Shown piece after piece: positions 29,355-43,770 of a stretch of DNA of 64,000 nucleotides. The translations under genes and the position numbers were made by a program. Each line of letters opens with the position of its first letter. Position 1 is the stretch's first letter. This DNA comes from the human T2T-CHM13v2.0 reference genome, Homo sapiens. The stretch is from NCBI RefSeq assembly GCF_009914755.1, contig NC_060934.1. One strand, written 5' to 3'. The notes under the pieces are model-generated. The model saw only the letters and a list, made by a program, of their open reading frames with translations. It had not been told where the DNA came from and searched no databases.

Positions 29355-31659
29355 AGCCATGAAATAAAAACAGGATGCTATAAATGACATAAGATTTAAG
29401 GGAGATAAGAAAACAAAAAGCAAAAATGAGCTCTTAGAAATTACAAATATGATAGCAAAGAAAATAAGAACAAAAACAATACAACAACAAAGAGATTAGA
29501 TGATAGAGTCAAGGAAATTCCCCAGAAAGAGAGAGCACAGATAAAATGAAGCATAGGGGATTTTCAAATAAATCAGAAGAAACAATTCCCAGGACAGCAG
29601 GATATGTATTCTCAAGATTGAAAGAGGCCATTGAGAGAGAGAAAACATCCACACCAGGACATCTTATCAGGCCCCACTGCAACAGCAAAAGCAGAATGGA
29701 GTTTACAAAGGACCAAGAGGAAGAATGGCATTACCTGTTCTAGCCATGGCACATGCCTGGAGGCTGGAGACTTATACCTTCAAAATGTTGACAAAAAATA
29801 ATTTTCAAACTTTAATTTTGTATCTAACCATTACTATTGGTTTCATGTATAATTGATACATTTGTATAAATAAAAGGACTTTAAAAATGTGCTTCTAGGC
29901 ACCCTTTCTTGATAAGCTACTAGCAAGTGCACTCAGCAACATAAAGAAAAAAATAATGAGATTTAGGATCCAAGAAACAGGAAATCCCATCCAGATGAGA
30001 GGTGCCAGGTCCACTGCTGTGCAGTAGACAGCAAACAGTTTACATTAAAGCAGGAAGTTGAAGGACTACAAGAGGGATGCCTTCAAAGGAAAAAGAATTA
30101 GAATCCTATATTGTGTTTGAAAATATTTGAGCATTTGGACAAAATTTATAGACATTTGACAAATCTTTTAGGGGAAAAAACAAATTTAGGGGAAAAACAA
30201 ATAATAAAAAAGCTTGGTGACAAAAAATAAAAAGTTTAGAGGGAAAAAGCCATTATTACACAAAGGAAAAAGAAAAAGAAATATAAGAATACAAATGTAA
30301 TTGCATACATTCTAGATTTGTAGTACCACATGCAAATAGTTAGAATAATGCCAAACTTAATTGGTTCAGTTTCTCTCAAGAGTGATACAACTGTGTTGGA
30401 AAGATTTCAGCCATGGAATAGCCTATACAATTGCACAAATTGTATAGGGTATGTATGGTACAGAGCTAAAAATTCTTAACTATTTTAACAAGAAAGAAAT
30501 ATTATAAAATTGGGAAAAAAACACAGTAAAATGCAATGTATTAAGATGGAAGATTATAGAAGAATAAACAGTTAAAAGGGATAATTTTTTACCAGAGATA
30601 GATAAATGACACTGATTAAAAATAAAAATTAATTTTAAACAAGCTAAATGGTAAAATTAAAAAAAAAACATAAAACAGTTTTTTCCTTCACTGAGGGAGT
30701 TCCTTTAATGTTAACAAAGAAACAGTTGGCTGCAGAATAAGATTTCATTTTAGGTTTTAAAAAAATTGATGCTCTTTGTCTTATTGTTATCACTTTTTTG
30801 TCTGTTGGATGGTGTTCAAATGGCCCTAGAATAAGATGTGACATCTGTATTCATGATAAGATTCAGATATATGACTACAATGTTCTGTTCCTCCCACAGT
30901 TGACCCCATCATCATGAAGAGAATGAAACACAGAATGAAAGCTCTTCTCTGCATTCTTTACCCTTTCATTGTCCTCTTGGTTAATGGTTGCTTTGTTCCT
31001 GTGGGAGTGAAATAAAGACTCCCAGAATGCTGAGAATATTCAAAGACTTTCTCAGGAAGGGTCAACTCATGAAAGGAGTTGCTGCAATGTGAAAATTGAA
31101 CACATTAATTCTGATAGGTAAACTTCAAAAAGAAAAATATTTGTGTTTCCAAAAGCCCTTCAGGTCCATATTTATAGCATTGCGTGTTACAGTAAAAGAC
31201 TAAGGAAAATAACTGATTAAGATATGCTATATCCACACAGTGCTATACTTTGTAACACTGAAAATAATTAGAAATAGGTATACTTGCATGGAACGATGTC
31301 CAACACCTATTGTTAATCTAAAATCCCCAAACAAAACAAACCCAACAAGTTGCAGAACAATACGTATGTTATGCTCAATTCCTGCATGAACTTATTCTGA
31401 AACTATAATTTTGGTTTTAGACGTAGATTCTGAGACCAGAATCTTGGGATAGGGACTAAATTTTTAAATCATTTGTACTATTATATTATTTTCAATTTTT
31501 ATAATGCATGGATAATAATTTTTTGAAAGTCAGTTACATATAACTAATACATTATATTAGTTCAAGCGATCAGCACTATTTTAGTTTGGGAACATTCACT
31601 CTAACTTCAATCCAGGAATTTGAAATAGCAACATTTGCCTCTAAGTAACTAAACATGGT

Positions 31660-32175
31660 AAATGCAAAGAACATGGGATTTGAGTCAGGAGTTCAAATCC
31701 CATTTGCCTGTGTAAAAGTTGGGTATATTCATTCCTCTTTTTAAATTTTAGTCTCAGTTATGTAATCTATAAAATGGGAATAATGAAGATCTTTTCTCCT
31801 CCCTCAAAGTGTAGTGTGATGAACAAATAAGATCAGGTAGCAGAAAAGACCTTGTGCACTGAGAAGTACCATAGAATGGTTTATTATTTTGTAGAAAACT
31901 GGCTTTACCAACTTAATGTACTTTATATTTAGCATTAATATTAACAATAACTAAAAAAATTACTAACATCTTTGACCACTTATTATTTCACATGCTTTTC
32001 TAAGAGCTTTGCAAGTACGAACTCATTTTTCACAACAACAAATGTCTAAGTGTGTACTAGTGTTGTTCCTTTCATAGATGAAGATGCCCAGGTACAGAGA
32101 GGTTAAGTAACTCATCTAACATCACCCAGTTACAGTACTAGGTGATGGTGCTGGGACCCATTGCCACACAGTCTG
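31660..32175. mobile_element. Two MIR SINEs (plus, then minus)
   Basis: atctataaaatgggaataatg (+) and tttcatagatgaag...cagagaggttaagtaact (-). Confidence 0.6.
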
Positions 32176-32377
32176 CTAGGCTCTCTGCCAGTTGATAGGA
32201 GAGAGTCTCTAAATGCTCCTTTCAACTACTCTAAGAGTAGCTGAAAAATGGATGGAAACTTTCTGACAGACTGATGGGGACTTTCTGTGCTTTGTAGTGG
32301 CAGAAAGTTTTCTTTTGTTTTTTAAATTGTTAACTCAGGTTTTGCCTTTAATTTTTGTAAGTTTTCCAAAGTTTCTA

Positions 32378-32614
32378 TTTTATTTTATTTTATTTTTATT
32401 TTATTTTATTATTATTATACTTTAAGTTTTAGGGTACATGTGCACAATGTGCAGGTTAGTTACATATGTATACATGTGCCATGCTGGTGTGCTGCACCCA
32501 TTAACTCGTCATTTAGCATTAGGTATATCTCCTAATGCTATCCCTCCCCCCTCCCCCCATCCCACAACAGTCCCTAGAGTGTGGTGTTCCCCTTCCTGTG
32601 TCCATGTGTTCTCA
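32378..32614 (-). mobile_element. Young, heavily 5'-truncated L1PA2/3 3' end
   Basis: Near-consensus L1 3'UTR (ttatactttaagttttagggtacatgtgcac...); exact 16-bp TSD caaagtttctatttta. Confidence 0.93.
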
Positions 32615-34718
32615 AAGTTTCTATTTTAATTCCTCTTTAAAATCATGCCTCCCCATGGCCACCAGTGCACCTTAGAAGCCCTAGGAAGTAAATCACAAAA
32701 TTACAAACGTCTAAGAAGAAAGTAGCTGAGTCTGAAGCTGCCAAGGTCTATTTTCATTCTGCGTCAGCTCCAGCAAATGCCTTTAGAATTGACTCACGCA
32801 AATTAACCTGAATCACAGAATCTCAACATTTCAGAGCTGGAAGGGACCAGTGTTCTTTCACAACTAGTCAATCAAGTGAAAAAGGTAATCTGCATCAAGA
32901 AAGAGCATAAAATTAGAAATGGAATTTTTAAAAAGCAGGTGAGATTCCCTAATACGAGTTTTGAGCTTGAGCATGGAGCCTTCAGGATGGTGAGGTGTTG
33001 GAGGGTACAACTATGGGAACGGGGCAACTTTCCTTCTTTCCTCCTCTATCTGCTTTTTGATTTGGCTCTGTGGCCTTGGAGTAATCATTTATTTTCTCTG
33101 AGATAGACTGTTCAAATCTGTAAAGTGAAATGAATGTAATAGATGACCTTTAAAACTCTTTGTCTTTCTATTATTTCCAATTAGTTTGTGTGTGTGTGTG
33201 CATGGGTTTGGGGGATGGTTAGAAATGGAAACGGAAACGGAAGAAGCTTTAGTTAGTTGGGAAGAAATGCTTTTATAATCTCTTCAGCCTGAAGTAGACT
33301 CACAAAAAAAGATGCTTCCTTATGTACTACCCAGTTCAAAAACAAAGAGGGGTGCAAGCTCACAGCTCATTCTTGAAATGATTCTATTCCTGAACTTCCC
33401 TGCCTACGTTTGTATGACATTTCATGTTTTTGCCACTTATAGGCATATGCACTTTAAAATGATATTCTGAGATGCTTCAGTGACTTCTAGTAGAAAAATG
33501 CAAATAAATGTAAATTTCTGTTATTATCAGCTTCATCAAAGCAAACAGGCAAAAGCAAGAACAATATTAGAGTTTGGTAAGAGTGTATATTTGAATGATT
33601 TCCCCAGAGGACTAGGGAAAATCTCATCTTGTTTGGTTTCCTATTGTAGAGGAGCATCAATTGTCTCTGGTGGAATTACCTGCATACACCACTTGTCAGT
33701 CCCACATTAACCCCCCCACTCTCACTTTTTTTCCCATAGACAAGCTACTCTTTTTATTTCTCAAATGTAATTTCAATAAATGATCGACTTGAATCAAGAG
33801 ATTCAGGCATAAACAGGTGAGAGCAGGCATGAATAACACAATCGAGGACTGGGAGAATAATAGTTTCAGAAGATAGCATTTATATCATAGAAAAAAATAA
33901 AGGAGAACTCAGATTGCTAGTTCTCCAATTAGAATCAAATGAAAATAAGGAATCTTGGCACCTTCTACGGGATTTCCAGGCTGTACTACATCAGCTACCT
34001 TTGAATATAGTTTGGTATATTTTCTGACGCTTTCATATATTTTCTGACAGATTTATCTTTATGTAAATCTAAATTTCTTTGAGGGTAGTGCCTTTGTATT
34101 TAATTCAGTATACTCAGAAGACCAGTACATTCCTGTGCAAAAGAAAAAAAAATTCTCTTAATAAACTAATGGTGATTGAGTGAGTGCTTATCTACAACAC
34201 AATCAAAATTAGAAAGTCATTTGATAGCAGGCCAGTATATGTGACCAGTCTTGTTCTAAAGATATAATTATCTAGAAAAACACATCCTTTACTTTGCCGA
34301 AATGCAAAAAATCAATTAGATGAGAAAGCATGACTTCAAAAATGCATAAAAGACCACAAGATTCTTAAGTGCCTATTACTATAGAACAAAATGCCTAAAA
34401 TAGAATAAAATCTTGGATTGAATTTCAAAATGCAATAGAATTTAGGAGCAATTGCATAACCAGATAGGAAGTTTTAGCATGAGTTTTCTAATTCTTCCTG
34501 TCAACAACCTTTGGAAGTTTTGAAATAGTGTCATTCTAATGCTGATTTGCATTAGTACTGGATTAGACTCCTCAAACCATTATAAAAAGATCACTGGACA
34601 GAAATGAAGAGCCTAGAATTATGACTTCAGTCTTGTAATACACTAACTTCTAAGTTAAATCTCATAGGTTCCTAGCACCAAAAGGAAAAGATCTGGGGGC
34701 TGAGTTTATTCCCTAGGG

Positions 34719-34888
34719 CAGTAGTTCTTGAGCTTAGAGGGTTTGTTAAAACTAGTTTATGGGCTCCACTTTCAGAGTTCCTGATTCAGTAGGTCAGGTC
34801 GGGGGCAGAGGTGAGATTTTGAATTTGTAATAGGTTCCCAGGTGATGCTAATGCTGCTGACATGAGAATCTCACTTTGAGAACCAGCA
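34719..34888. mobile_element. MER5A hAT-Charlie MITE
   Basis: cagtagttctt...ctgattcagtaggtc...cactttgagaacca; 8-bp TSD ccctaggg/ccttaggg. Confidence 0.85.
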
Positions 34889-36220
34889 CCTTAGGGCAAA
34901 AGACCAAATGGGAACCTGCTAGCCTACAAATTCTTCCACTGACTACCTCTCTTATTCTGTTGAATTTACACATTTCTCATGGGCTTGCCCAGTTTGCACA
35001 GCTAGGTTCTCTCTCAGGACTAGTTCTCTGTAGTAGGCCCCAGTGATAACAACAACCACAAGCCTGGCTTCTTTCTTCCACTCCTGATGAAGCCTCAAGT
35101 CTCCGGAGCCACCTTATGTTGCTCTCAACCTTTGTGGAATCAGTGCTCAAAATAAACTGTCAGACCTCAACCAACAAAGACTGAGTGCTAAGCAGACGCT
35201 TCACACCATTCACGGGGTGGTGGGGCAGGGGGGCCTCCTGTGGAAGGCTCTTTGCTCTGACCTTCCTGCCTGGGGGGTGGATGGAGAGTAACAGGGCTTA
35301 TTAGTTGTGTAACACGTTCACTTTCAGTGCCATTTCACCAATTTGCTCTTATGGGCTTTTGAAAAGCACATTTTCTCAAGCTCTCCAGGAAGAGAACAAG
35401 AAGTTTAATGGTGTCCAGCAGAGAAAAGGGTAAATCTTCGTAAAGGGGAAAATAAGAAAAGAATAGAAAAGAAAGGAACAATGTTTCCTGCAAGAAGAAA
35501 CCTAGCTTGCCTGTTAAATAATTTAATCTAATCATTGAACCCATAACATATGTCTACAAAGACAAGGGTTTGTCAATGAATGCCTTGTGGATGCTCCTCT
35601 TTGGAAATGAAATGGAATAATTAAAGATAGACCCACAGGCCTGGCTCCTGGCATCCCTCTCATCCTGTTCTCCCAGTTCCCTCCCAGATATCTTCCCTTC
35701 TCTAACCACCACCTTGGGTGGTATTTGCTAGAATCTTCACTACATTGAAAAAACTAATAACCATGATTTATGGTGACTCCAGACTCTGTTTCTTTAGTTT
35801 AGGGACTGCTGTAGCTCTGGAATTTATATGGCTACAAGCCCAAGCCTAGCTGTCTTGCTTTCTTCCTACTAGGGCATAAATAAAGCCTCTTCTTTAGCTG
35901 AGATTCTACTTCCCCAGACCCCAAATGTCCTGCTATATACTTTTTGACTCAATGCTTTAGTTTATGCTCTTCATCCTGTCTGAATGGTTTCTTTCTATCT
36001 TTCCCTCCCTCAAGTGTCATCGTTTTTGTGAAGTCATGCTTGACTGCCTCTATCCAGAGATCTAGTGCTCTTTGCTAGATACTGAAGATGTGATGCCAGC
36101 AATATTTATTTGTCTGCAGTGTTCTTGAGAGGATTAGACTTGTTTCCTCCTTTTTTAAAGAGTCCTAAAGTGCAGTACGTTATCCCATACATCTTTTATG
36201 GTTTTACAAAGTGTCGTAGA

Positions 36221-36559
<339 letters not shown>

Positions 36560-38824
36560 TTAGTTGATGTCTTGGAATCCATATTCCTATAATATGTCTG
36601 CCAAGGTATATGACACATATAAATGTTACAATAATAGCTACTCAACCTGATGCTTTATGTTAATATTTATTATCTCCTTAATACTTATTAGGCACCGGTT
36701 ATCATCCTACTCTACTCACTTACCCTCTTATCTAAAACTTAAAAGAAAGAGGTCTAAAGAAGTTAGGTAAACAGCATAAAGTAACAGACCTACCAATTGG
36801 TGGAAGTGGGGTTACAACCTGGCGCATCTAACTTCAAAGACTGTTCCTTCCTACCGACTCCACTCCAGTCCTAAATTATTGGAGAAAGAGAGACATTAGA
36901 AAATATATAAGACTTGCCTAAAGTCACATTGCAAGCTACTTATTGAAGAGATAAATTTAAAATGAATTAATCATTATTCTTTTATATATTATATATAGAT
37001 GATAAAAACTAGAAAATCACTCTCTCTAGCATTAGTGTTGGTTAATTCCAAAACAAAATGAGAGCCCAACATTTATTTTGGCATTTGTAGATTTTTTTCA
37101 CCCGGAAACAAAGTCTATCGTATAAGACATACAAAGTGACGATAGTTTCGAACTTTTCAGTGGCTGATATAAATCTATTTTAAATGAGCAAGGATTTTTA
37201 TAATGCCCAATGCTTTCCAGGTCTCCATGGGGAAAACTGCCGGAAACATCCTGCCTGATGCTCTCATGGGAGCCATGGCTTTATGTTTATGCATAAGAAA
37301 TTCTTACAACTGCTTCAACTAATAACATTTTAATTTAATGCATTTCATATTTCCATATTTATTGTGCTCCAATCATGTTTTATGAGGAACGTGAATGTGG
37401 GAACCCGATGTAACTGATATTTAGTATGTATGTACAGTGTACTTTCCTCAAGAGGTTCCACTGCTGGCACAAATGTAAAATAAATACAAATAAATCCAAC
37501 TCTTTGATAGGCCCAACCTAGCTGATCAAGTCATCCCCTTCCCTCCACTTCAGGATTTCTCTGCAGAAACAGACTGATTAGAACCAAATCCACTTGGAAA
37601 ATGGAGTTTCCTTTTTCAAGCTTCCTAATCTGGCTTCTCAAAGCCATATTATCCTCCAAACAGAACCTGAAAGAAGTTCCATTTCTGTTTCTCTCCAGCC
37701 AATGAAGAAACCTTGGAAAAGGAAATGAGAAGGACAACATTGTTCTATCAGCCAATCTGTTCACCTTACAATTGATGTTAAGCAGAATCTGATATGCAAA
37801 GAGGAAGCTCAGCATCTTGTACTGCATCCAGGTAGGGACCATTAGAGAGACCGGAAGGAAAAGATGCTCAGGTTCCAGAGACTTTCAATGACTGAAGAGT
37901 GCACTAAGGTATCCCCCACTAAGGTAAATTGTCTGACTAGATTTCATTTTGCCATTAACGAAGACAATGGTGAGAAATGAATACCTCATGCCAATTAAAC
38001 TGTAGTATGATGTTTTGTAGTCATTGCACATGTAATAACTTTATATACAATCTACATTGTGATTTTTTTTCTCCTTCAGAATTAAAATTTGTGTTTTTCA
38101 TTTTCAGAATACAGATACTTTAAAAAGAAAAAAAAATCCACAAAATTATCTCTTCTTTCCCTTCATTGAAAATTCTTTCTTGTTATGATCCAAGGAGAAA
38201 GGGATAAGCGACTTTTTCAAGTTAAAATATATTTAAAATAATTTTTTAGACATTGAAAGCAAAACATTTAGAAGTTAAAACTGTTAACTTTAGACTAAAG
38301 TAAATGTAATTTGGAAGCAAGTGTAATGACCCCAATTAGCTATAACTGATATCTATATTAAAGATATCAGTATCAGTATCTTAAAGGTATCTGTCTTAAA
38401 GAGTAAACACTTCAAAAACAATATTTTTAGTTTATCAGAATCTTCCATATTTGAGACAGAATTAGATGATGCATGTGTAGCACGAATAAGAAGGAAAAGG
38501 ATGACCATCTTCCAGTGGTTCCTATGATGAGACAAGAATAAATTTCAGTATCTAATTCCTTTAGGAGCCTCTTGGAGATTAGTTCATAATATAATCTTGA
38601 CAGGGGCATTTTAGAAGAGAATAGCTGTTCTTCTGAAGTAGTCTGGAATGACCTAAGGAGAGTGCTAACCAAGGGTTCAATGACCTCCAAGATTTCTGCC
38701 AGTCCTGGGACTCTATTAATTTTCTTCCTTATCAGTATGCTCTTGTCAATCTATATTAACTCATCAGATCTTATGGTGGCATATTCTACATATCAAACAG
38801 AAGGAAGGAAAAAGAAAACAGAAA

Positions 38825-39020
38825 CTAATGTAAATTGTCTGCTGTGTGCCAGGAACTCTGCTATTATATCTGTTTTATTTCCTCCAAATCTGTAAGCATC
38901 ATCTTGTCATCAATATTTCATAGTTGAGGAACCTAAAGCTCTGAGAAGTTAAAAAACAAAGTTTGTAAGTGGCAGTGGTGGGACTGAAACCAAGAATGTC
39001 AGGCTCCATGCATTCTCTGC
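38825..39020 (-). mobile_element. MIR SINE
   Basis: ctgtgtgccaggaactctgc...catagttgaggaacctaaagctctgagaagttaa. Confidence 0.6.
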
Positions 39021-39049
39021 CTCAGAATACAATACTCAGAATGATAGTA

Positions 39050-39955
39050 GTTCAAGGGAGGTAAAAATTAAAGAAGGCAGGAGGAATGCCCCAGGATTTC
39101 ATGGAGGGAGCAGAACTTCAGTTGAATGTGAGGAAAAAAATGTTATCCTGACAAACGAGAGGGTGGAGGGGGCAATCTAATAAGGGAAAGGATGTTTGCA
39201 AATATGTGCATGTGGAATGGTCTGGGGAAGCGAATAACCTAGTTTGCTTGGAGCAGAAACTCCACAGGGAAAATAAAATCAGAGAGAATTGAGACCAGAA
39301 TGTGCTCATGTCATTCATTTTTGTGGGGTTCAGAATTACATCCTTCAAAGTCACTCATGTTTTTTTCTCAAGGTTGGTATCTGTGGAGGAAGTAAAATCT
39401 GTGCCCAGCCTGCTAGGCCAACATTGAATAAGGTCAGGAAGAAGGGTGTCCTGCAGTGGTAATATTCAGCTAAAACCTAAAGAAAACAAGGAATGCAGTG
39501 TATGCAAATGGGTTAACAAGGAAGGAAAGAAGCTGAACTAAGATTAAAGATAACAGGTGCAGAAACCAAGTGAGCTGGGGTGGGTGGGTGGACAGCACAA
39601 GGTAACAGTGGAGAGAAGGGCAGGAGCTGGCTCATATTCAGTCTTGTAGGCTGTGATAAGTAGTTTGATTTTGTATGGATTTACAGGGAACCAACTAAAG
39701 GTTTATAAGCTGGGGGAAAAATGGTCCACTCTGGATGTGTGGTGAGGGAAGGTGTGAAGTTCACTTTGGTCAACTGGATTAATCCAGTCCTGGGATTAGG
39801 TGTCCTCAATACAGATGGTGAAGTAGGTATGGAAAGAAATGTATAGGGTTTCAGGTATATCTTGAAGGCAGATTTGTCAGTGCTTGCTGATGAATTACAT
39901 ATTGTCAGTAAGGTAGATGAAGACATCAAGGAAGGGCTTCTGGCTTGAGTGATTC
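39050..39955 (-). mobile_element. L2 LINE fragments
   Basis: Purine-rich reverse L2 motifs, e.g. tatcttgaaggcagatttgtcagtgcttgctgatgaatta...tctggcttgagtga. Confidence 0.55.
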
Positions 39956-39965
39956 AAGGTGTCAT

Positions 39966-40101
39966 TTTTTTTTTATTTTTGATAAAGATGGGGTCTTGCT
40001 TTGTTGCCCAGGTTGCTCTCAAACTCCGAACCTCAAGCAATCCTCCCACCTCAGGCTCCCAAAGTGCTGGAATTGCAGGTGTGAGCCACTGTGCATAGCC
40101 T
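39966..40101 (-). mobile_element. FLAM_C/AluJ left monomer
   Basis: ggggtcttgctttgttgcccagg...ctcaagcaatcctcccacctcag. Confidence 0.85.
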
Positions 40102-40244
40102 AGGAGTTTGTTTTTTAATATAATATGTTGGGAAGTCTGTGAGTCATTACTAGTCATTAAGATATCCGGTAGATAAATACTTCTCAGACTAAAGTCTTCA
40201 TAGATGATCTTGCTCTTAGATCAATAATAGGGCCACAGCATGAG

Positions 40245-40460
40245 TAGGATTGCCAGATAACATGCAGGATGTCCAGTTACATTTGAATTTAAGCAATGAA
40301 TACTTTTTTGTATATAGGTATATCCCAATATTGTTTGAGATATAGTTTCACTAAAAAAATTACTAATTTAACTGGGTATTTCATGATACAAATCTTACTG
40401 GATGGAATACAAATTTAACTAGATATCTTATATTTTTATTTGTTAAATCTGGTAATGCTA
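40245..40460. mobile_element. MER53 palindromic DNA transposon
   Basis: taggattgccagat...tccagttacatttgaattt...aaatttaact...aaatctggtaatgcta. Confidence 0.75.
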
Positions 40461-40849
40461 CATATAAGCTTCACTACTTTATCATCTTCTATTCCCCTGT
40501 CTAACTCTGATTCCAAGTCAGTCTTCTTATCTTTCCTTCTTTTCAGAAGAATAGAAGGCTTCTGTTCTCCTTGGCAAACCTGAGTCTATTAACTTTGCCA
40601 CCTGCTCCAGGACCTTGTCACAGTTTTTGTTTTCCCTTTGAGATTGTCAGAGGCATTTTACAATGACCTATGTGTGTGTGTTTGTGTGTGTGTGTGTCTT
40701 TTGGCCCCTTTTTCCCTATATTGGTTGATATATATTTTAGATACTTCCTACTTTTGTCTTACTTTCATAGTCAAAATAATTTTATAATGCCTTATTCTCT
40801 ACAACATATGAATATATATGTTTAAAGGTCCAAATGGGAGAATGATCCA

Positions 40850-41660
40850 ATGTATCATTTCAGAAACAAAAGGCAACTGTCATATTGGGTAAAATTATTT
40901 ACCATACATATAATATAAAAAGGATTAAGTTACAAAATTCGTACAATAATTCTACAAGCCAATAAGACAAAAAGCAAAACAAAAACACAGAGAAATCTAA
41001 TACCAAATGGGGCAATTCGCAAAACTGCAAACCCAATTGGACAATAAACATGAAACATGACTAATTTTATAATAAAAGAAAAGGAAATTATACCAATATA
41101 AGATTTCACTCATCATTTGGCAAATATTAATTAGTTTAATATCAAATGTTGGCAAAACTATAGGAAAATACTACCTCATACTACACTGATAAATGTGTAC
41201 AACCATTTGGAAATCAATATGTCATAAGCTAATACATTTGAAATGAGCAAACTCTTTATTCTAACAATCACTTTCAGGTATCTGTATCCAGGAGAAATAA
41301 ATCACGCATGTGCACAAGGTAGCATGCATAAAGATGCTCACAGCAGCCTAAAATTCAGAAGCAACTTAATATTTATCAACAGGAAAATTATAAGATAAAC
41401 AACAGAATATTGGAATAAAGAGCAGTTAAGTAAAATGAGGTAGGTTTATATCCTGATATGGATAGACATCTAAGTAGAAGCTGTTTCACTCCAAGTGTTC
41501 AGTAAAAAGAAGAAACATGCAGATTAATATGTAAAGATTATATCCTTTATATAAAATAAGCCAAATCCAAACAAACAGAACAAAATAAACATCTGAAATA
41601 AAATCGTGTGTTTTTGTAGATCTATATTGGATAAATGCAATTAAAAATAAAAGGTTTAAG
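40850..41660 (+). mobile_element. Ancient L1ME 3' region
   Basis: Degenerate ORF2 end/3'UTR motifs (aaatgttggcaaaactataggaaa, acaaccatttggaaa, aagcaacttaatatttatcaacagg). Confidence 0.55.
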
Positions 41661-42227
41661 ACGGATGAGAAAAAGAAACTGAAGATAAAGGGATTAATCT
41701 AAGGTCCGTAAAACAGCAACTTTTTCACTTGTTTCCCCCATCTGTAATGCAGACAAAAATCAGGCAGCAGGCATTTACCTCCAGCAAAAACAGTTGACAC
41801 TTTCTCAGTGAAAGTGAACAAATTGCCAGGTCCCTGGTGAAACCTTCACTCTTGAATTTGAGTGAACCTGAAGCCTGACAGATGGCTTCCTAGTTCTCTT
41901 ACTGATCCACCTAAAGCAAAGTCTCATATTTGCTTACTTCACACAGAACTCCAGGTGAGAATTCCAAATGGAAATTAGTTTTAACACAAAAGTAGTGGAC
42001 TTTTATTAATGATAGTTTTTTTAATAGTTGGTATTACCAGACATATGAGTAAAGCAGCAGAATGAGATAGAATGGCCAAAATTAAAAAATTGAAAATTGG
42101 CACCAGAGGAAATAGAGATAACTTAGACATCATAAAAGAAATTAGGGGAGGGTATATTAATGAATAAACTCAGAAATATTTTAAAAATTACATCTATAAA
42201 ACAAAAACAAATGTTATGAAAAAGAAA

Positions 42228-42374
42228 TAATCAAAAAACAAGAACATATTTTCAGAAAATGCAATAAAAATAATCAAAAAACAAGAACATATTTGCAGAA
42301 AATGCAATAAAAAGTAATCAAAAGACAAGAACATATTTGCAGAAAATCAAAAAACAAGAACATATTTGCAGAAA
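42228..42374. repeat. 43-bp minisatellite (2 full and 2 partial copies)
   Basis: Unit taatcaaaaaacaagaacatattt(t/g)cagaaaatgcaataaaaa. Confidence 0.9.
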
Positions 42375-42486
42375 TTTTAATTATAATTAAATTTACAATT
42401 ATGTCTAAAATTAAAAACTGTGGAGCAAGCCTACAGAGAAAACAGTCCAGATTGGAAAGTAGTGATAGAATGCTCTGGTAGAGTAG

Positions 42487-42815
<329 letters not shown>

Positions 42816-43703
42816 GACTGAGTAAATTTATTTGATGAAGAATGTGGTGGGCATACTGAAATAATATTAATATTAATATTATTAAATAATAATAATATAA
42901 TAATAATAATAATATTAAAATAACAATAAAAGGTTTTCTAGAAAATGCTAAATTCATAGAATGGGTACTGCAAGATTATGAACTCAGGTTTCAAGGTCCT
43001 GAAGTTTTGCTGCAGTGTGATGATAAGGGAAGTCTTTCTTTGATGTCATTCTTAGAAAACCCAATCTCTGGGTTCTAGGTTGTGAAGGCTTTGATTGCCC
43101 TTGGTCAGTGGATCATAAAAAGCTTTCATTATCTGGTGAAAATACACTTTGACATAATTCATTAGAGCCTTGCAGAATACAGTCATGTCAGAGTTTAGTA
43201 GCAGAAGATACATAAGGTTCTATTAACATATGCATAGGCCTTCCAGTGACTATTTTATAAGGGGCCAACTTATGTTTCCACTCTAAATGGATCTGATTGT
43301 CATCAATATGCAACACCTTTGACCAAGGCAATCCAGGCAATTCAGTTTGCTTTTCCTAATGCTATTGTATCTGTAATATCTTATTCAACAATTTTACAAC
43401 TTGTCCAGTGAAACAAGTACCTCTATCATTGGAGATTTATCCAGGAATGTCCTATGAGGAAAACACATTTCTGTATAACCTTTTAGCTACTGTTATAACA
43501 ACAGCCCTCTTGCTTGAGAAAGCTTCTATACAACCATAAAACATGCACTGGAAATGACAGTTGAGTGAAACTCCTCTATAAGTGTTCAAATGGCCTATCA
43601 GGTAGCAAAAATGTACCTGAAGTTTTGATTGAGACTTCCCAGGAATATGGGTTTGATAAACCAAACATTGGTCATAAACCATGTTAGCAATTTAGAACAG
43701 TCA

Positions 43704-43704
<1 letters not shown>

Positions 43705-43742
<38 letters not shown>

Positions 43743-43770
43743 TATATGTGTTTTATATATATATATATCC
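43705..43770. repeat. (CA)n followed by (TA)n microsatellite
   Basis: About 17 CA units, seen directly. Confidence 0.9.

Noticed and set aside
35214-35283. G-rich tract as a G-quadruplex
   Set aside because: Lacks four well-spaced G3+ runs with short loops; weak candidate
37380-37420. C/D-box-like motifs (atgagga...ctga)
   Set aside because: Too short, mismatched C box, no terminal stem
37531-37842. 103-aa minus-strand ORF in unique DNA
   Set aside because: No recognisable homology or supporting exon structure
42228-42374. Repeat array as CRISPR-like
   Set aside because: No unique spacers, eukaryotic context; a simple minisatellite
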